DNA of 64,000 nucleotides from an uncultured candidatus Brocadiaceae bacterium. GTDB lineage: Bacteria > Planctomycetota > Brocadiia > SM23-32. Positions within the stretch are counted from its first letter, which is position 1. The number at the start of each line of letters is the position of its first letter. The position numbers and the translations under genes were made by a program. Below are positions 9,485 through 18,799 of this stretch, piece after piece. The stretch is from the NCBI GenBank assembly GCA_964510315.1, contig CAZEAP010000010.1, forward strand, positions 22,201 to 86,200. Reading direction: 5' to 3'. The notes beneath the pieces were generated by a model that did not search any database, was not told where the DNA came from, and saw only the letters and a list, made by a program, of their open reading frames with translations.

Positions 9485-9759
9485 CCCGCGCGCTGTCATG
9501 CTGAGGCGCTTTTTCTTCAGGCGCCGAATGCATCTCGCTTTTCTACGGCGCCGTACTTTGGCGCCCCCGTTCCGCTTGCCCACGACGGTCCTGCTTGGCG
9601 GCGGGGCGTCCCGCGCCGCTGCCAAAGGCCCCGATACCGCCTCGGACGGACCGGCGTGCGCCAACGTTTTGGAATATGGTTTGCACCCGGTATGGGCGTG
9701 TGGCAGCTTGAAAACGCGTCAGCGCCTGTTCTCTGGCCTCTATACGCCGGTAGCCGGAA

Positions 9760-10989
9760 ATGCTGGAGAACCCCCTGAACGTTCTGCTCATCGAGGAGGA
9801 TCAAAACGATACGGAGCTGGTGCGCCAGATGATCGGCGAGGACAGCGGGGCGCCCTACCGACTGGAGTGCAGCAGTTCGATTGAGGAAGGGCTCCAGCGG
9901 CTCCGGCAAGGGAACATCCATGTTATACTCCTCGGCGTCTCCGGCCCGGGCGCCCTGGCGGCGGGAGACGTGGACACGGTGCACCGAGCCGCAGGCGGCG
10001 TCCCGATCATCGTGCTGACCAGCCTCGACGAAACGGCCGTGCTGCTGGACACCGCCCGGGGCGGGGCGGTTGATTACTTCGTCAAGAGCCGAATGAACCG
10101 GCGGGAGCTGTCCCTGGCCATCCGGTATGCCGCCGAACGGAGCAGAATCGAGGAAGCCCGCCGAGCCGCCGAAGCAAGCCTCCGCGAACTGGTCCACAGC
10201 AACTCCGACGCCATGGTGGTGGTGGATGAGGAGGGCATTGTCCAGTTCGTCAACCCCGCCGCCGAAAGACTGTTCGGCCGTGCGTTGAAGGAGTTCGTGG
10301 GAAGGCCGTTCGATTTCGACGTGGACATCGGCGATACCACCGAAGTAAAAGTAGAAACCTCGGGCGAGAAACCGGCCACCGCAGAGATGCGGGTGGTGGA
10401 GACCACGTGGGAAGGAGAGCCGGCAAAACTGGCCTCACTGCGGGACATCACCGACATCGTGCGGCTTCGCGAGAAACTGCGGGCCATGACGCTCCACGAC
10501 GAATTGACCGGCCTCTACAACCGGCGCGGCCTCATGACGCTGGCCGAGCAGCAGATCAAGCTCGCCGACCGCCGGGGCGACAGGCTGCTTTTCCTCTTCC
10601 TCGACCTCGATGGATTCAAATCGGTAAACGACCAGTACGGGCACGCCCGCGGGGATGAGGCTCTCGGAGAAGTCGCACGCGTGCTGACCGACAGCTTCAG
10701 GGAGTCCGACATCCTGGCCCGCGTGGGCGGCGACGAATTCCTGGTACTGGCCATAGGCGCCAGGAAGATGCAAGCCTCCACGCTCGCCGACCACTTCCGC
10801 CGTAAAATCAACGCCGCTCTCGCCAAATCCGACCTCCCCTGCCCACTCACCGTCAGCCTCGGGGCTGCATACCGAGAACCACGCGACGAACGCTCGATCG
10901 AGGAGCTGATTGCGCAGGCCGACGCGGCAATGTACCAGCATAAAGAGCGTACGAAGTCGGAGACTCACCCGCGAACCCGACGCGACTGA
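9760..10989 (+). CDS. Response-regulator receiver / PAS / GGDEF diguanylate cyclase
   Basis: N-terminal REC (LLIEEDQND), central PAS and C-terminal GGDEF (RVGGDEF). Its 3' end overlaps the convergent gene at 10965 by 25 nt. Confidence 0.8.
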   Translation: MLENPLNVLLIEEDQNDTELVRQMIGEDSGAPYRLECSSSIEEGLQRLRQGNIHVILLGVSGPGALAAGDVDTVHRAAGGVPIIVLTSLDETAVLLDTARGGAVDYFVKSRMNRRELSLAIRYAAERSRIEEARRAAEASLRELVHSNSDAMVVVDEEGIVQFVNPAAERLFGRALKEFVGRPFDFDVDIGDTTEVKVETSGEKPATAEMRVVETTWEGEPAKLASLRDITDIVRLREKLRAMTLHDELTGLYNRRGLMTLAEQQIKLADRRGDRLLFLFLDLDGFKSVNDQYGHARGDEALGEVARVLTDSFRESDILARVGGDEFLVLAIGARKMQASTLADHFRRKINAALAKSDLPCPLTVSLGAAYREPRDERSIEELIAQADAAMYQHKERTKSETHPRTRRD

Positions 10990-12734
10990 ACCGGCTGCAC
11001 CGCGCGCTGCAGCCAGGCGCGGGGGATGATGGTTGGCGCGGATTCCGGACACGTGAACCGAATCGCAACAGAGTCCGCCTCCAGCAGCGGGGCCAGCCGA
11101 TACAGCGCGGTGGCCCACGAGCAGCCGCTCCACACGCGCACGTTTGGAACGACCCTCTCGGCGGGGACCGGTGCGCCGTCGGCCTGGAGATCAATGCCCA
11201 ATGAATCCGCGACGGGCCGCTCCCCTTCGACCGCCGACCGGTAGGCTTTCCCCTTATCCCGTAGGCTGAACGAAAGTCTCAGCCGGTCCCAATCCCCATC
11301 GCCGGCCGCGCCCCGAATCCAGTTGCCCGATGTGCGGCACTGGCTTACTCCGTGCTCGCCCTCGAAGGGCAAATCCAGTGGCCGGGCGTCCGCCGTGACC
11401 GGATCGCTTTGCTCCGTTCCCAGCACCCACTCTTCTGCGGCCTTCGCACCAAGGCCGAGCAGAGCCATCTGTTCGGCAGCGAGCCGGACGGAGAGGGCTC
11501 CGGCCGAAACGCCGGCCTCGGGCGCGAACCCGGCGTCGTGGAACAAGACCCGCGCCTCCTGGAGGTCATCCAAGGCCAGTGTAATCTCAACCGGTTCGCC
11601 CAGGGAATTCGCCACTACCAGCAGGCCGTCATCGCCGGAGCCCGTCAGAAAGCCGTGCCAGCCGTCCCAGCATGGGATGCCGCCCACGGGTCGGGTGGGG
11701 CAGCCCCGGCCATAGAGGTCAAAGAACGGCTCGCGGGCGGCGTCAAGGAACTCCACGTCCCCGTCGTCCAGCAGCGTGACGTCGCCGTAGAAGTGGGCCT
11801 TACGACCGCCCCGTGCGAGGCTCTGAACCCACGCGCGCCGCCATCCATGCTTACCGAGGTAGTAGTTTGTATTCGTCCCACCGACCATGCATCCGTGGTC
11901 GTCGATCCGGCGCAAAGGAATGCCACTCCGGTAAAACTTGTAGACCATGTGGTCCTGGTAGAGGTCCACCGCCCGCCGCAGCGAGGTGCACGGAACGTCC
12001 GCGGGGCGGGGGTCACCGCTGTAGAGGTAGTCCAATGCCTCCAGCCAGTGAGGGGCTATGCCGGGGACCATCGGTCCGCTGGTGCTCCCGATGTAATCGG
12101 GCACGTGAGCGAAGCCGTTATAGCCCAGGAAGATTACTCTCGGGTGGTCGCGGCGCAGTTCGATCAGTGCCTCCTTGAAGGCGCGGACGTTGCGCCGGTA
12201 GACTTCCCCGGCGTCCAGGTGGGAGAACCGGGAGCTAACCGCGAAGAAGTCCGCAAAATCGAACTTGAACAGGCCGACCCCCCATTCTTCCACCGCGTGG
12301 CGCATCGCCGAGAGAAGCCCCTCCCGGTAAGGGCCGTCGAAAAGGCAGTAATTCCACCCGGAGCGCGCGTCGAGGCTCTTCTGCCATGGCTCCCAGCCGT
12401 GAAAGTCCTCATCCTCTTCCCAGGGGCGCCAGCCGGCGACGGCCGCTCCCGTGGCGTCCAGCCAGAGGCCGGGCGTCATGCCAAGTTCTTCCATGCGGCG
12501 CCGGGCGGGCTCGAACCCGTTGGGCCACGTCTCGGGCGCAAAGCGCGTGTAGTCACCGGGCTGGTCGAACCAGAAGCAGTCGATCAGATAGCAGTCGAAG
12601 CCGACGCCGAACGCGTTCTTCCAGTGCTGCAAAGCGTCGAGGGCCCGCATGGTCAGCTCTTCGGTCAGGCGCACGTCATCGCCCAACTCATCGTGCATGG
12701 CCCAGTCGCAGTAGATGCTGAACGGCCTTTTCAC
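10965..12734 (-). CDS. Putative glycoside hydrolase (alpha-galactosidase-like TIM-barrel)
   Basis: 589 aa. Motifs GFDCYLIDCFWFD and KFDFADF resemble GH27/36/31-like catalytic cores. A C-terminal beta-sandwich region (PCWDGWHGFLTGSGDDGLL) is paralogous to the ORF at 41287. Confidence 0.5.
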   Translation of the reverse strand: MKRPFSIYCDWAMHDELGDDVRLTEELTMRALDALQHWKNAFGVGFDCYLIDCFWFDQPGDYTRFAPETWPNGFEPARRRMEELGMTPGLWLDATGAAVAGWRPWEEDEDFHGWEPWQKSLDARSGWNYCLFDGPYREGLLSAMRHAVEEWGVGLFKFDFADFFAVSSRFSHLDAGEVYRRNVRAFKEALIELRRDHPRVIFLGYNGFAHVPDYIGSTSGPMVPGIAPHWLEALDYLYSGDPRPADVPCTSLRRAVDLYQDHMVYKFYRSGIPLRRIDDHGCMVGGTNTNYYLGKHGWRRAWVQSLARGGRKAHFYGDVTLLDDGDVEFLDAAREPFFDLYGRGCPTRPVGGIPCWDGWHGFLTGSGDDGLLVVANSLGEPVEITLALDDLQEARVLFHDAGFAPEAGVSAGALSVRLAAEQMALLGLGAKAAEEWVLGTEQSDPVTADARPLDLPFEGEHGVSQCRTSGNWIRGAAGDGDWDRLRLSFSLRDKGKAYRSAVEGERPVADSLGIDLQADGAPVPAERVVPNVRVWSGCSWATALYRLAPLLEADSVAIRFTCPESAPTIIPRAWLQRAVQPVQSRRVRG

Positions 12735-12833
12735 GGGCCATCCTTCCTGCCTGGGAAAACCTGTGCAAAAAGGGCGAGGAGGGATTGTCCCTCCTCGCCC
12801 CTCGCGTGCGTTGTGATGACGGGCCGTGCCGGC

Positions 12834-13061
12834 TCAGACGCCGACCACTTCCTTCACCTCCGGGATTTCTTTCTTCAGGGTCGCCTCCACCCCGCGGCGC
12901 AACGTCTGCTCCGCCATGGGGCAGCCTTTGCAGGCGCCCTGAAGTTCAACTTTTACGGTTCCTTCGTCGGTGACCTCCACCAGCTCTACGTCGCCGCCGT
13001 GCATCTGCAGGGAGGCGCGCAGGCTGTCAATCACTTTTTCCACCTCTTCTCGATCCACCAT
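12834..13061 (-). CDS. NifU-like (Nfu) Fe-S cluster assembly domain protein
   Basis: 75 aa with the GACKGCPMA CxxC motif of the NifU C-terminal domain; GAGGAA RBS. Confidence 0.7.
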   Translation of the reverse strand: MVDREEVEKVIDSLRASLQMHGGDVELVEVTDEGTVKVELQGACKGCPMAEQTLRRGVEATLKKEIPEVKEVVGV

Positions 13062-13143
13062 AGGTATTCCTCAGGAATCCTCAGAGTTGTTCGCCCGAAT
13101 GGCCGTCCGGCGTTCGCGCGGAACAGAGCGCAGCGCCGGGCCT

Positions 13144-13581
13144 TCACTCAGACTGGACCTCGATCCTCCGGCCCTGTTCGGGCAGTTGCTTCTTCAGACG
13201 AACCGTCAGGACGCCGTTCTGCAGCACGGCGGTGACGTCCACGTCTTCATCCACTGCCGCCGGCAGGTCAATCTCCCGCCGGAAGTCTCCTTCGGGCCGT
13301 TCCTTTCTGTGACAGGTAAGGTCCTCGTACTGCTCCGGTTCAGCTCTGCCACGGATGGTAAGGGTCCGATTCAGCAGGCTTACGTCCAGCTCTTCCCTCG
13401 GCGGGCCGGGCACGTCGGCGCGCACGATCAGCTCCTCGGGACTTTCGTAGATGTCCACCGGCGGATACAGTCCCGGAACCAGCCTGCCGACGCCGGGCAC
13501 CTTGCGAACCGCCTCATCCAGGGTCTCCGCCATCTCCCCCATCTGCCTGCGCATCTGCCTCCACATGCTCTTCTGGTCCAT
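13144..13581 (-). CDS. Hsp20/alpha-crystallin small heat-shock protein
   Basis: Alpha-crystallin domain (PVDIYESPEELIVRADVPG ... GVLTVRL); AAAGGAGG RBS. Confidence 0.85.
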   Translation of the reverse strand: MDQKSMWRQMRRQMGEMAETLDEAVRKVPGVGRLVPGLYPPVDIYESPEELIVRADVPGPPREELDVSLLNRTLTIRGRAEPEQYEDLTCHRKERPEGDFRREIDLPAAVDEDVDVTAVLQNGVLTVRLKKQLPEQGRRIEVQSE

Positions 13582-13619
13582 CTGCCGAGCCTCCTTTACC
13601 CCAGAGTCTAACTCCGTTC

Positions 13620-13649
13620 ATTATAAACGCAGATTGCCCGCGGGCCAAA
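13620..13649 (-). promoter_or_regulatory. Candidate sigma70 promoter for hsp20 (TTGGCC-N18-TATAAT on minus strand)
   Basis: Minus-strand TATAAT (plus 13620-13625) with TTGGCC 18 nt upstream, about 40 nt 5' of the hsp20 ATG. Confidence 0.35.
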
Positions 13650-13726
13650 CCCGGAGACTCCCCTCTTGAGAATCCCTCCGACATAACGGACAATTCCTCC
13701 TTCTCGAACCTCCGGGGAATCTGGCT

Positions 13727-16444
13727 ATGGCGAAAACTCGCAGGGAGCAGCTCAACAGGCAGCGCCGCCCGGTCGCCCTGCGGGACGTTCTGGCCCTGCT
13801 CCTGCTGGTGCTGGTCTGCGCCCTGTTCTTCCGCAAAGCGGCGGCCCTGCGGGGAGTTTTCTTCCACTACGATCACGCTGTCCAGAACTTTCCCTACCGG
13901 GCTTTCTTCGCCGGAGCCTTCCGGGCGGGACGGTTCCCCCTGTGGACGTCCCGGATATTCTGCGGGTTCCCGCTGTTCGCCGAGAGCCAGTCCAACGTAC
14001 TTTACCCGCCCTTCCCGCTGCTTTTCGGGCTGCTGAAGCCCTGGGTAGCCTACAACTACTACCACGTGCTGCACTTCGGCCTCGCCGCTGCAGCCACTTA
14101 CGTGCTCGCACGCGCTTTGGGAATCGGGCGCGCCGGGGCTCTGCTGGCCGGCCTGTGTTACATGCTTTCCGGACCGGTTCTTTTCCACGCCCACCACACC
14201 AACATCGTTGTTGCTCTGGCGTGGCTGCCCCTGTTGTTGGCGCTTATCGAGCTGTCCTGGCGGCGGTCGAGGGGGTGGCTGATTGCCCTGGCGGCCGGGA
14301 CCGGGGCATTGGTGCTGGGGGCGCAGCCCCAGTACACCCTTTACTGCGCGCTGGCATGTGCCATCTACCTCGGGTGGCGGGCCGCCCTGGCGCACCTGAG
14401 CGACGAAAGACCTCTGCTGGTGCGCGGGTCGCTTCTCGGCGCGCTGATGGCCGCGGCGGTGGGCGGGCTGCTGGCCGCCGTGCAGGTGCTGCCTCTGGCG
14501 GAACTTGTAGGCCATTCGTCCCGCGCGGCCGCCTCCTACGCCGCACCCGTGCCCGGCGTTCCGGGCAACCTGATGACTCTGTTCCTGCCCCACTACTTCG
14601 GCTCGCCGGGGCTGGGCAGCTATTGGGCTCACGTCGAACCCGGCCTCTACAGTGAAGTAACGTTGTTCATGGGCGTTGGGGCCCTCACGTTGGCCGCGGT
14701 CGGCGGTGTGGCCGACCGCAGCCGGCGGACGCTTTTCCTGGTGGGATTGGGGCTTTTTGGGTTCCTCTTTGCACTCGGTTACCACACCCCGGTCTATACG
14801 ACGCTTGGCCGTCTGCCGCTTTTCCGCGCCTCGCGATTTCCGAGTCGCTTCGCCTTCCTGGCCGCTCTCAGCGTTGCGCTGCTGGCCGGCACGGGCCTGG
14901 AGAAGCTCTGCGCGGACGGGCGGCGTCCTCACGTCAGGAAGGCGGTGTTTGCCGCCGGGCTCGGCGTCTTCGGGCTTTCCGCCGTCTGCGTTATCGCAGC
15001 CCTCGCCATCAGCCTCCCGTTAATCGGACTTGCTCCCCGGGAACTGGGCGCGAAGTTGCCCCGTCTATCCCCGTTCCGACTGGCCCTGGTCTGGCGGCAT
15101 CTGCACCGGACTCTGCCGGCGGACATCGGCCGCCTTGGCATCGTGATCCTCGCCGGTGCCGGGCTCCTCTTCGTCTCTCTGAAGCGGATTGTGCCGGCGA
15201 AAATAGCGACGCTGCTGTGGTGCCTGCTCGTCGCGGGAGAGCTTGCGTGGGCGGGCAGGGAGTTCACGGCCGTAACCGATCCGGACATCTATCGCGCGCC
15301 CCCGCCGCTGGTGAAGAAGCTTCGTGAGCTGCCGCCTGGACGCATTTTCCGGCACCGCTACCACGACTCCAGCGCCTATCCACGCCGGGTGGGGACGCAC
15401 CCGTCGACGCCGGGGTGGGCCCTGGCGCCCAACGAGTACGCGCGCTCGCTGGACCTGCTGCCCGGCAACGCCAACATGATCTGGGGAATACCCTCGGTGG
15501 GCGGTTTCTCTCCGCTGCAGACCGAGGCCCTGAGGAGGTTTCTGGGAAGGCCGGACGACTCCGGAACCGTCCTGAGGGCCGACCCGTCCCCCGCTCTGCG
15601 CACGCTTGGGGCGCGCTACATACTGACGCCCCAGGAGGACCTGGCCGGACCCTACGAGCGCGTTGCGCAGGTGGGACCGATGCACCTTCTGAAAGACCCG
15701 GAGGCCCTGCCGCGGGCATGGATCGTCCACCGCACGGAACGCGTGCAGAACGACGAAGCCGCCCTGAGCAGGCTCCGCGACCCGGATTTCCCCCGCCGCA
15801 CCACCGCCCTGGTGCACGAAGCCGCCGCCGAGTTGCCCGCCGCACCGAATGAACCGACCCCGCCCGATGAGACGGCCCATATTGCGGAGGACACGGGCGA
15901 CGTCGTGATGATCCGGGTTCACCTGGCCGCGCCCGGCATGCTGGTCCTCGCCGACCAGCACTACCCCGGCTGGCGGGCGGAGGTGGACGGCGAACCGGCG
16001 GAACTCCGTCGGGTGAACTACCTGCTCCGCGGTGTACGGCTACCGGCCGGCCGGCACAAGGTCCGGTTCATCTACGAGCCGGCCTCCTTCCGGCTGGGCC
16101 TGCTGCTGACGGTCTGCGGCCTGGCGCTGCTGGCGGCCGGCGCGGCGGCGTGGCTGGTGTGGGGCAGGGCTCGGACGCCGCCTCGGCCGAAGCCGGCGCC
16201 TTCCTGGGCGCCGCCCTACGCGGCACGCTCGCGGCGCCTGCTCATCGTGGTGGCAGTCGTGCTCCTGGCTGCAGGCCCCCTCCTGAGGTGGGGGCTCTGG
16301 CGAAGGCTGCCCTCACAGCTTTCCCCTCTTGGCCGCGGCCGCTCAGAAGCCGCGCAGCAGCATCAGGAAGCGCACGGCGGGATGAAGGTTGTTCTCCATC
16401 AGGCGCCAGGGCGACTGAAGCCCGATCAGGGCGAAGAGCAGTGA
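13727..16444 (+). CDS. YfhO-like polytopic membrane protein (putative GT-C type glycosyltransferase) with extracytoplasmic domain
   Basis: 905 aa with many TM helices at the N-terminus, a large soluble domain and a C-terminal TM helix (LGLLLTVCGLALLAAGAAAWLVWG). The last ~100 aa overlap the convergent gene, so the stop may be over-extended. Confidence 0.6.
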   Translation: MAKTRREQLNRQRRPVALRDVLALLLLVLVCALFFRKAAALRGVFFHYDHAVQNFPYRAFFAGAFRAGRFPLWTSRIFCGFPLFAESQSNVLYPPFPLLFGLLKPWVAYNYYHVLHFGLAAAATYVLARALGIGRAGALLAGLCYMLSGPVLFHAHHTNIVVALAWLPLLLALIELSWRRSRGWLIALAAGTGALVLGAQPQYTLYCALACAIYLGWRAALAHLSDERPLLVRGSLLGALMAAAVGGLLAAVQVLPLAELVGHSSRAAASYAAPVPGVPGNLMTLFLPHYFGSPGLGSYWAHVEPGLYSEVTLFMGVGALTLAAVGGVADRSRRTLFLVGLGLFGFLFALGYHTPVYTTLGRLPLFRASRFPSRFAFLAALSVALLAGTGLEKLCADGRRPHVRKAVFAAGLGVFGLSAVCVIAALAISLPLIGLAPRELGAKLPRLSPFRLALVWRHLHRTLPADIGRLGIVILAGAGLLFVSLKRIVPAKIATLLWCLLVAGELAWAGREFTAVTDPDIYRAPPPLVKKLRELPPGRIFRHRYHDSSAYPRRVGTHPSTPGWALAPNEYARSLDLLPGNANMIWGIPSVGGFSPLQTEALRRFLGRPDDSGTVLRADPSPALRTLGARYILTPQEDLAGPYERVAQVGPMHLLKDPEALPRAWIVHRTERVQNDEAALSRLRDPDFPRRTTALVHEAAAELPAAPNEPTPPDETAHIAEDTGDVVMIRVHLAAPGMLVLADQHYPGWRAEVDGEPAELRRVNYLLRGVRLPAGRHKVRFIYEPASFRLGLLLTVCGLALLAAGAAAWLVWGRARTPPRPKPAPSWAPPYAARSRRLLIVVAVVLLAAGPLLRWGLWRRLPSQLSPLGRGRSEAAQQHQEAHGGMKVVLHQAPGRLKPDQGEEQ

Positions 16445-17746
16445 GACAAGGCCCAGGACGTAGAAGATGGTCCGCACGCGGGGACTGCGCCTGAACCTGG
16501 CGAAGTAGGTCACCGCGTAGTAGGCCACCAGCGGCGTGAATCCGATATACCACCGGAACCCGAAGCACGCGCCGGCGAAGTTCGTGGGGGCGAAGAAAGA
16601 GTAGTAGACCACCAGAAACAGGATGCCGAAGAGGACCGTCAGGGCGGCGTAGGCGCGTCCGGCGCGGGGATCGGGACGGGCCATAAAGCGTCGGCGTCCC
16701 GCTCGGTCCGCCTCCCCTTTTCTCCCGTCGGCTATCTGCCGGGCAAGCCCGGCGGCGCCCACAAGCAGGATCGGGCTGACCACGAACAGCCCCCGCCCGC
16801 TGAACAGCGTTAGCAGCCAGTACTTGCAGCGCGATATGTCCCAGGCGTCGGGGCCGATGGGAGCCTTCCAGTAGGCGCCGGCGTAGTCCTTGGTGCCCCC
16901 GATCATCTGCACGGGCAGTATGCTGCCCCAAAGAGAGTACTGCACAACGCAGTGAACGGCCAGCGGGGGGATGCTGCCCAGGCCGAAGAGCACAAGCACC
17001 GGCAGGGACCGAAGGTAAAGCACGATATAGAGCCCAAACATGATGGCGAAGATGAAACCGTGGCCGATGTCCACCACGGTGGCCAGACCCATCAGGAAAC
17101 CTGCGGCGGCGGCCTTCGGCAGAGAAACCTTCGGCGATCCCTCCGCCATGCCCAGCAGGAAGAAGGAGATCAGGATAAGCGCGGCGGTGAAGGTGTGGTG
17201 ATTCATCGTCGTCGAATAGGTGAGGAACAGCGTCCCGCCGAGGGTCAGGACGGTTGCTATGTCGGCCTCGATGCCCTCCAGCAGATCGCCCGCTTTCCTG
17301 CGGAAGACGTAGAAGGAGGCCGCGCTCACACCCCCGATGACCAGCCAGGTGAGCAGAAACGTGGGAACCGCAGCGGCCCTCCCCTGGAAGCTGAATTCCG
17401 CGCCGATCCCCTCGAAGACCTCCAGAACGCCGGCCAGCAGAAGTGTGAGCACCGGCGGCTTGGAGGAGTAGAGATGCCCGTCGCGCCGGTTGTACACCAG
17501 GTCGTTCATGGCGTGGTAGACTTGACCGCCCCGCCGGTCCATCATGTGCGCATGCGGGCTGCCGTCCACGTGGAAGACCGCCCGGTTCACCAGGCTGTCC
17601 ACCGCCACGAAACGGGACAGATCGTTCTGGCCGAGGATGCCCCGGTGAGTGAACGCGAACAGGAACAACAGCACCAGGAGGGCGAACCGCAGTGAACGCG
17701 CCCGCTCATCCCTTCCCTCTCCCGGCCCTTTAAGGTTCAGCGACAT
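16343..17746 (-). CDS. GT-C fold membrane glycosyltransferase (ArnT/PMT-like, GT39/GT83-like)
   Basis: The true start is ATG at 17746 (MSLNLKG...), 2 nt after the upstream gene's stop. It is a polytopic membrane protein with an early periplasmic-loop acidic motif (FVAVDSLVNRAVFHVDGSP). The track ORF 16343..18715 carries a 323-aa spurious N-terminal extension. Confidence 0.55.
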   Translation of the reverse strand: MSLNLKGPGEGRDERARSLRFALLVLLFLFAFTHRGILGQNDLSRFVAVDSLVNRAVFHVDGSPHAHMMDRRGGQVYHAMNDLVYNRRDGHLYSSKPPVLTLLLAGVLEVFEGIGAEFSFQGRAAAVPTFLLTWLVIGGVSAASFYVFRRKAGDLLEGIEADIATVLTLGGTLFLTYSTTMNHHTFTAALILISFFLLGMAEGSPKVSLPKAAAAGFLMGLATVVDIGHGFIFAIMFGLYIVLYLRSLPVLVLFGLGSIPPLAVHCVVQYSLWGSILPVQMIGGTKDYAGAYWKAPIGPDAWDISRCKYWLLTLFSGRGLFVVSPILLVGAAGLARQIADGRKGEADRAGRRRFMARPDPRAGRAYAALTVLFGILFLVVYYSFFAPTNFAGACFGFRWYIGFTPLVAYYAVTYFARFRRSPRVRTIFYVLGLVSLLFALIGLQSPWRLMENNLHPAVRFLMLLRGF

Positions 17747-17748
17747 GG

Positions 17749-18777
17749 TCAGCCTTCCCCCGTCGAAGTCTCCGGGCTCGCCCGGCCGCTCTGGGAGGGA
17801 CTCCCCATCGCGTACAGCAGGCCGCCCGCAAGCGAGTGAAGCCACAGGATAAGCCTGCCCAACAGGGCCGCAGCGGCCGCCCGTCCGGCCTCCACGCCAA
17901 CCCCCGCGAGGCACCACGTGAACGCACCCTCCCGCACGCCGAGCGCGCCCACCGAGATGGGCAGCATCTCCGGCAAGGTCTTCAGCGGAACGATACCCGC
18001 CGCTTCCAGCGGTGCTATCTGGCCGCGGACGGCATGGACGTACAGCAGCGTATTGACCACGATGAGGGCGTAGAAGGTTACGGAAAGTGCGCCTGCGGCA
18101 ACCAGGGCGCGTGGCTGGTTCGCAAACGCGTAGAAGCTCTCCACAATGCGGTAAACCCGACCCCAAACGTTGCTCTCCCGGCGCCCTTTCAGGAAAGGCT
18201 TGGCCCCGGCGCGCCACAGTGGGTAGAGCAGCGCGGGCAGTGCCAGTCCCGCCAGCGCCGCCGCAGCCAGCGGCCACCGGACCGCCTCCAGGCCGAGTCG
18301 CTGGAAAAGCCCACCGTAGAAACACGCCACGGCCGCCGTTAGCGCGAGAACGGACAGAACCCCCGTCCCTCGCTCGACGACCACGGAGGCCGCCGCATGA
18401 CCCACGGGAACCCCCGAGCGAACCATCTCTCGGACCTTCATCACGTCCCCCCCGGCGCTCGTAGGCAGAAAGTTGTTGAAAAAAGCTCCCACGTAGTAGG
18501 CCCGCAGAATTGTGCTCCAGGACGCCTCGGGCACGGCCGTGCGAACCAGAAGCAGAAGCTTCAGGGACGACAGGGCGATCCCGCAGAACACCGTGGCCGT
18601 CAGCAGGGCCAGGGGCCAGAGCCGCGCCGTCCGGAGAGCCCCGGCGACAGCCTCCAGCGGCACCAGGCGAAACAGCACATACAGAAGAACCGCCGCGGCC
18701 GCGACGCGCAGCCATCCCAGGAGGGCTCGCCGGGCCGACGGTCGCTGCTCCGCTGGTGCCATGTCACTCGTCGGCAT
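17749..18777 (-). CDS. Flippase-like / lysylphosphatidylglycerol-synthase TM-domain (UPF0104) protein
   Basis: Signature FFNNFLPTSAGGDVMKVR in an 8-TM protein. Confidence 0.7.
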   Translation of the reverse strand: MPTSDMAPAEQRPSARRALLGWLRVAAAAVLLYVLFRLVPLEAVAGALRTARLWPLALLTATVFCGIALSSLKLLLLVRTAVPEASWSTILRAYYVGAFFNNFLPTSAGGDVMKVREMVRSGVPVGHAAASVVVERGTGVLSVLALTAAVACFYGGLFQRLGLEAVRWPLAAAALAGLALPALLYPLWRAGAKPFLKGRRESNVWGRVYRIVESFYAFANQPRALVAAGALSVTFYALIVVNTLLYVHAVRGQIAPLEAAGIVPLKTLPEMLPISVGALGVREGAFTWCLAGVGVEAGRAAAAALLGRLILWLHSLAGGLLYAMGSPSQSGRASPETSTGEG

Positions 18778-18799
18778 GCTCCCTCTCCGCGGGGTCGTC

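Noticed and set aside
9342-9884. Small ORFs (9342..9884 +, 23158..23412 +) spanning the conserved non-coding element, sharing the peptide LAQNDI
   Set aside because: The shared peptide results from nucleotide identity. A 1-nt indel puts the 5' halves of the two copies in different frames, so the conservation is at DNA/RNA level, not protein level.
16343-18715. 790-aa ORF in the ORF track
   Set aside because: The first 323 aa are the out-of-frame overlap with the real UPF0104 gene (17749-18777). The genuine gene starts at ATG 17746, 2 nt after that gene's stop.
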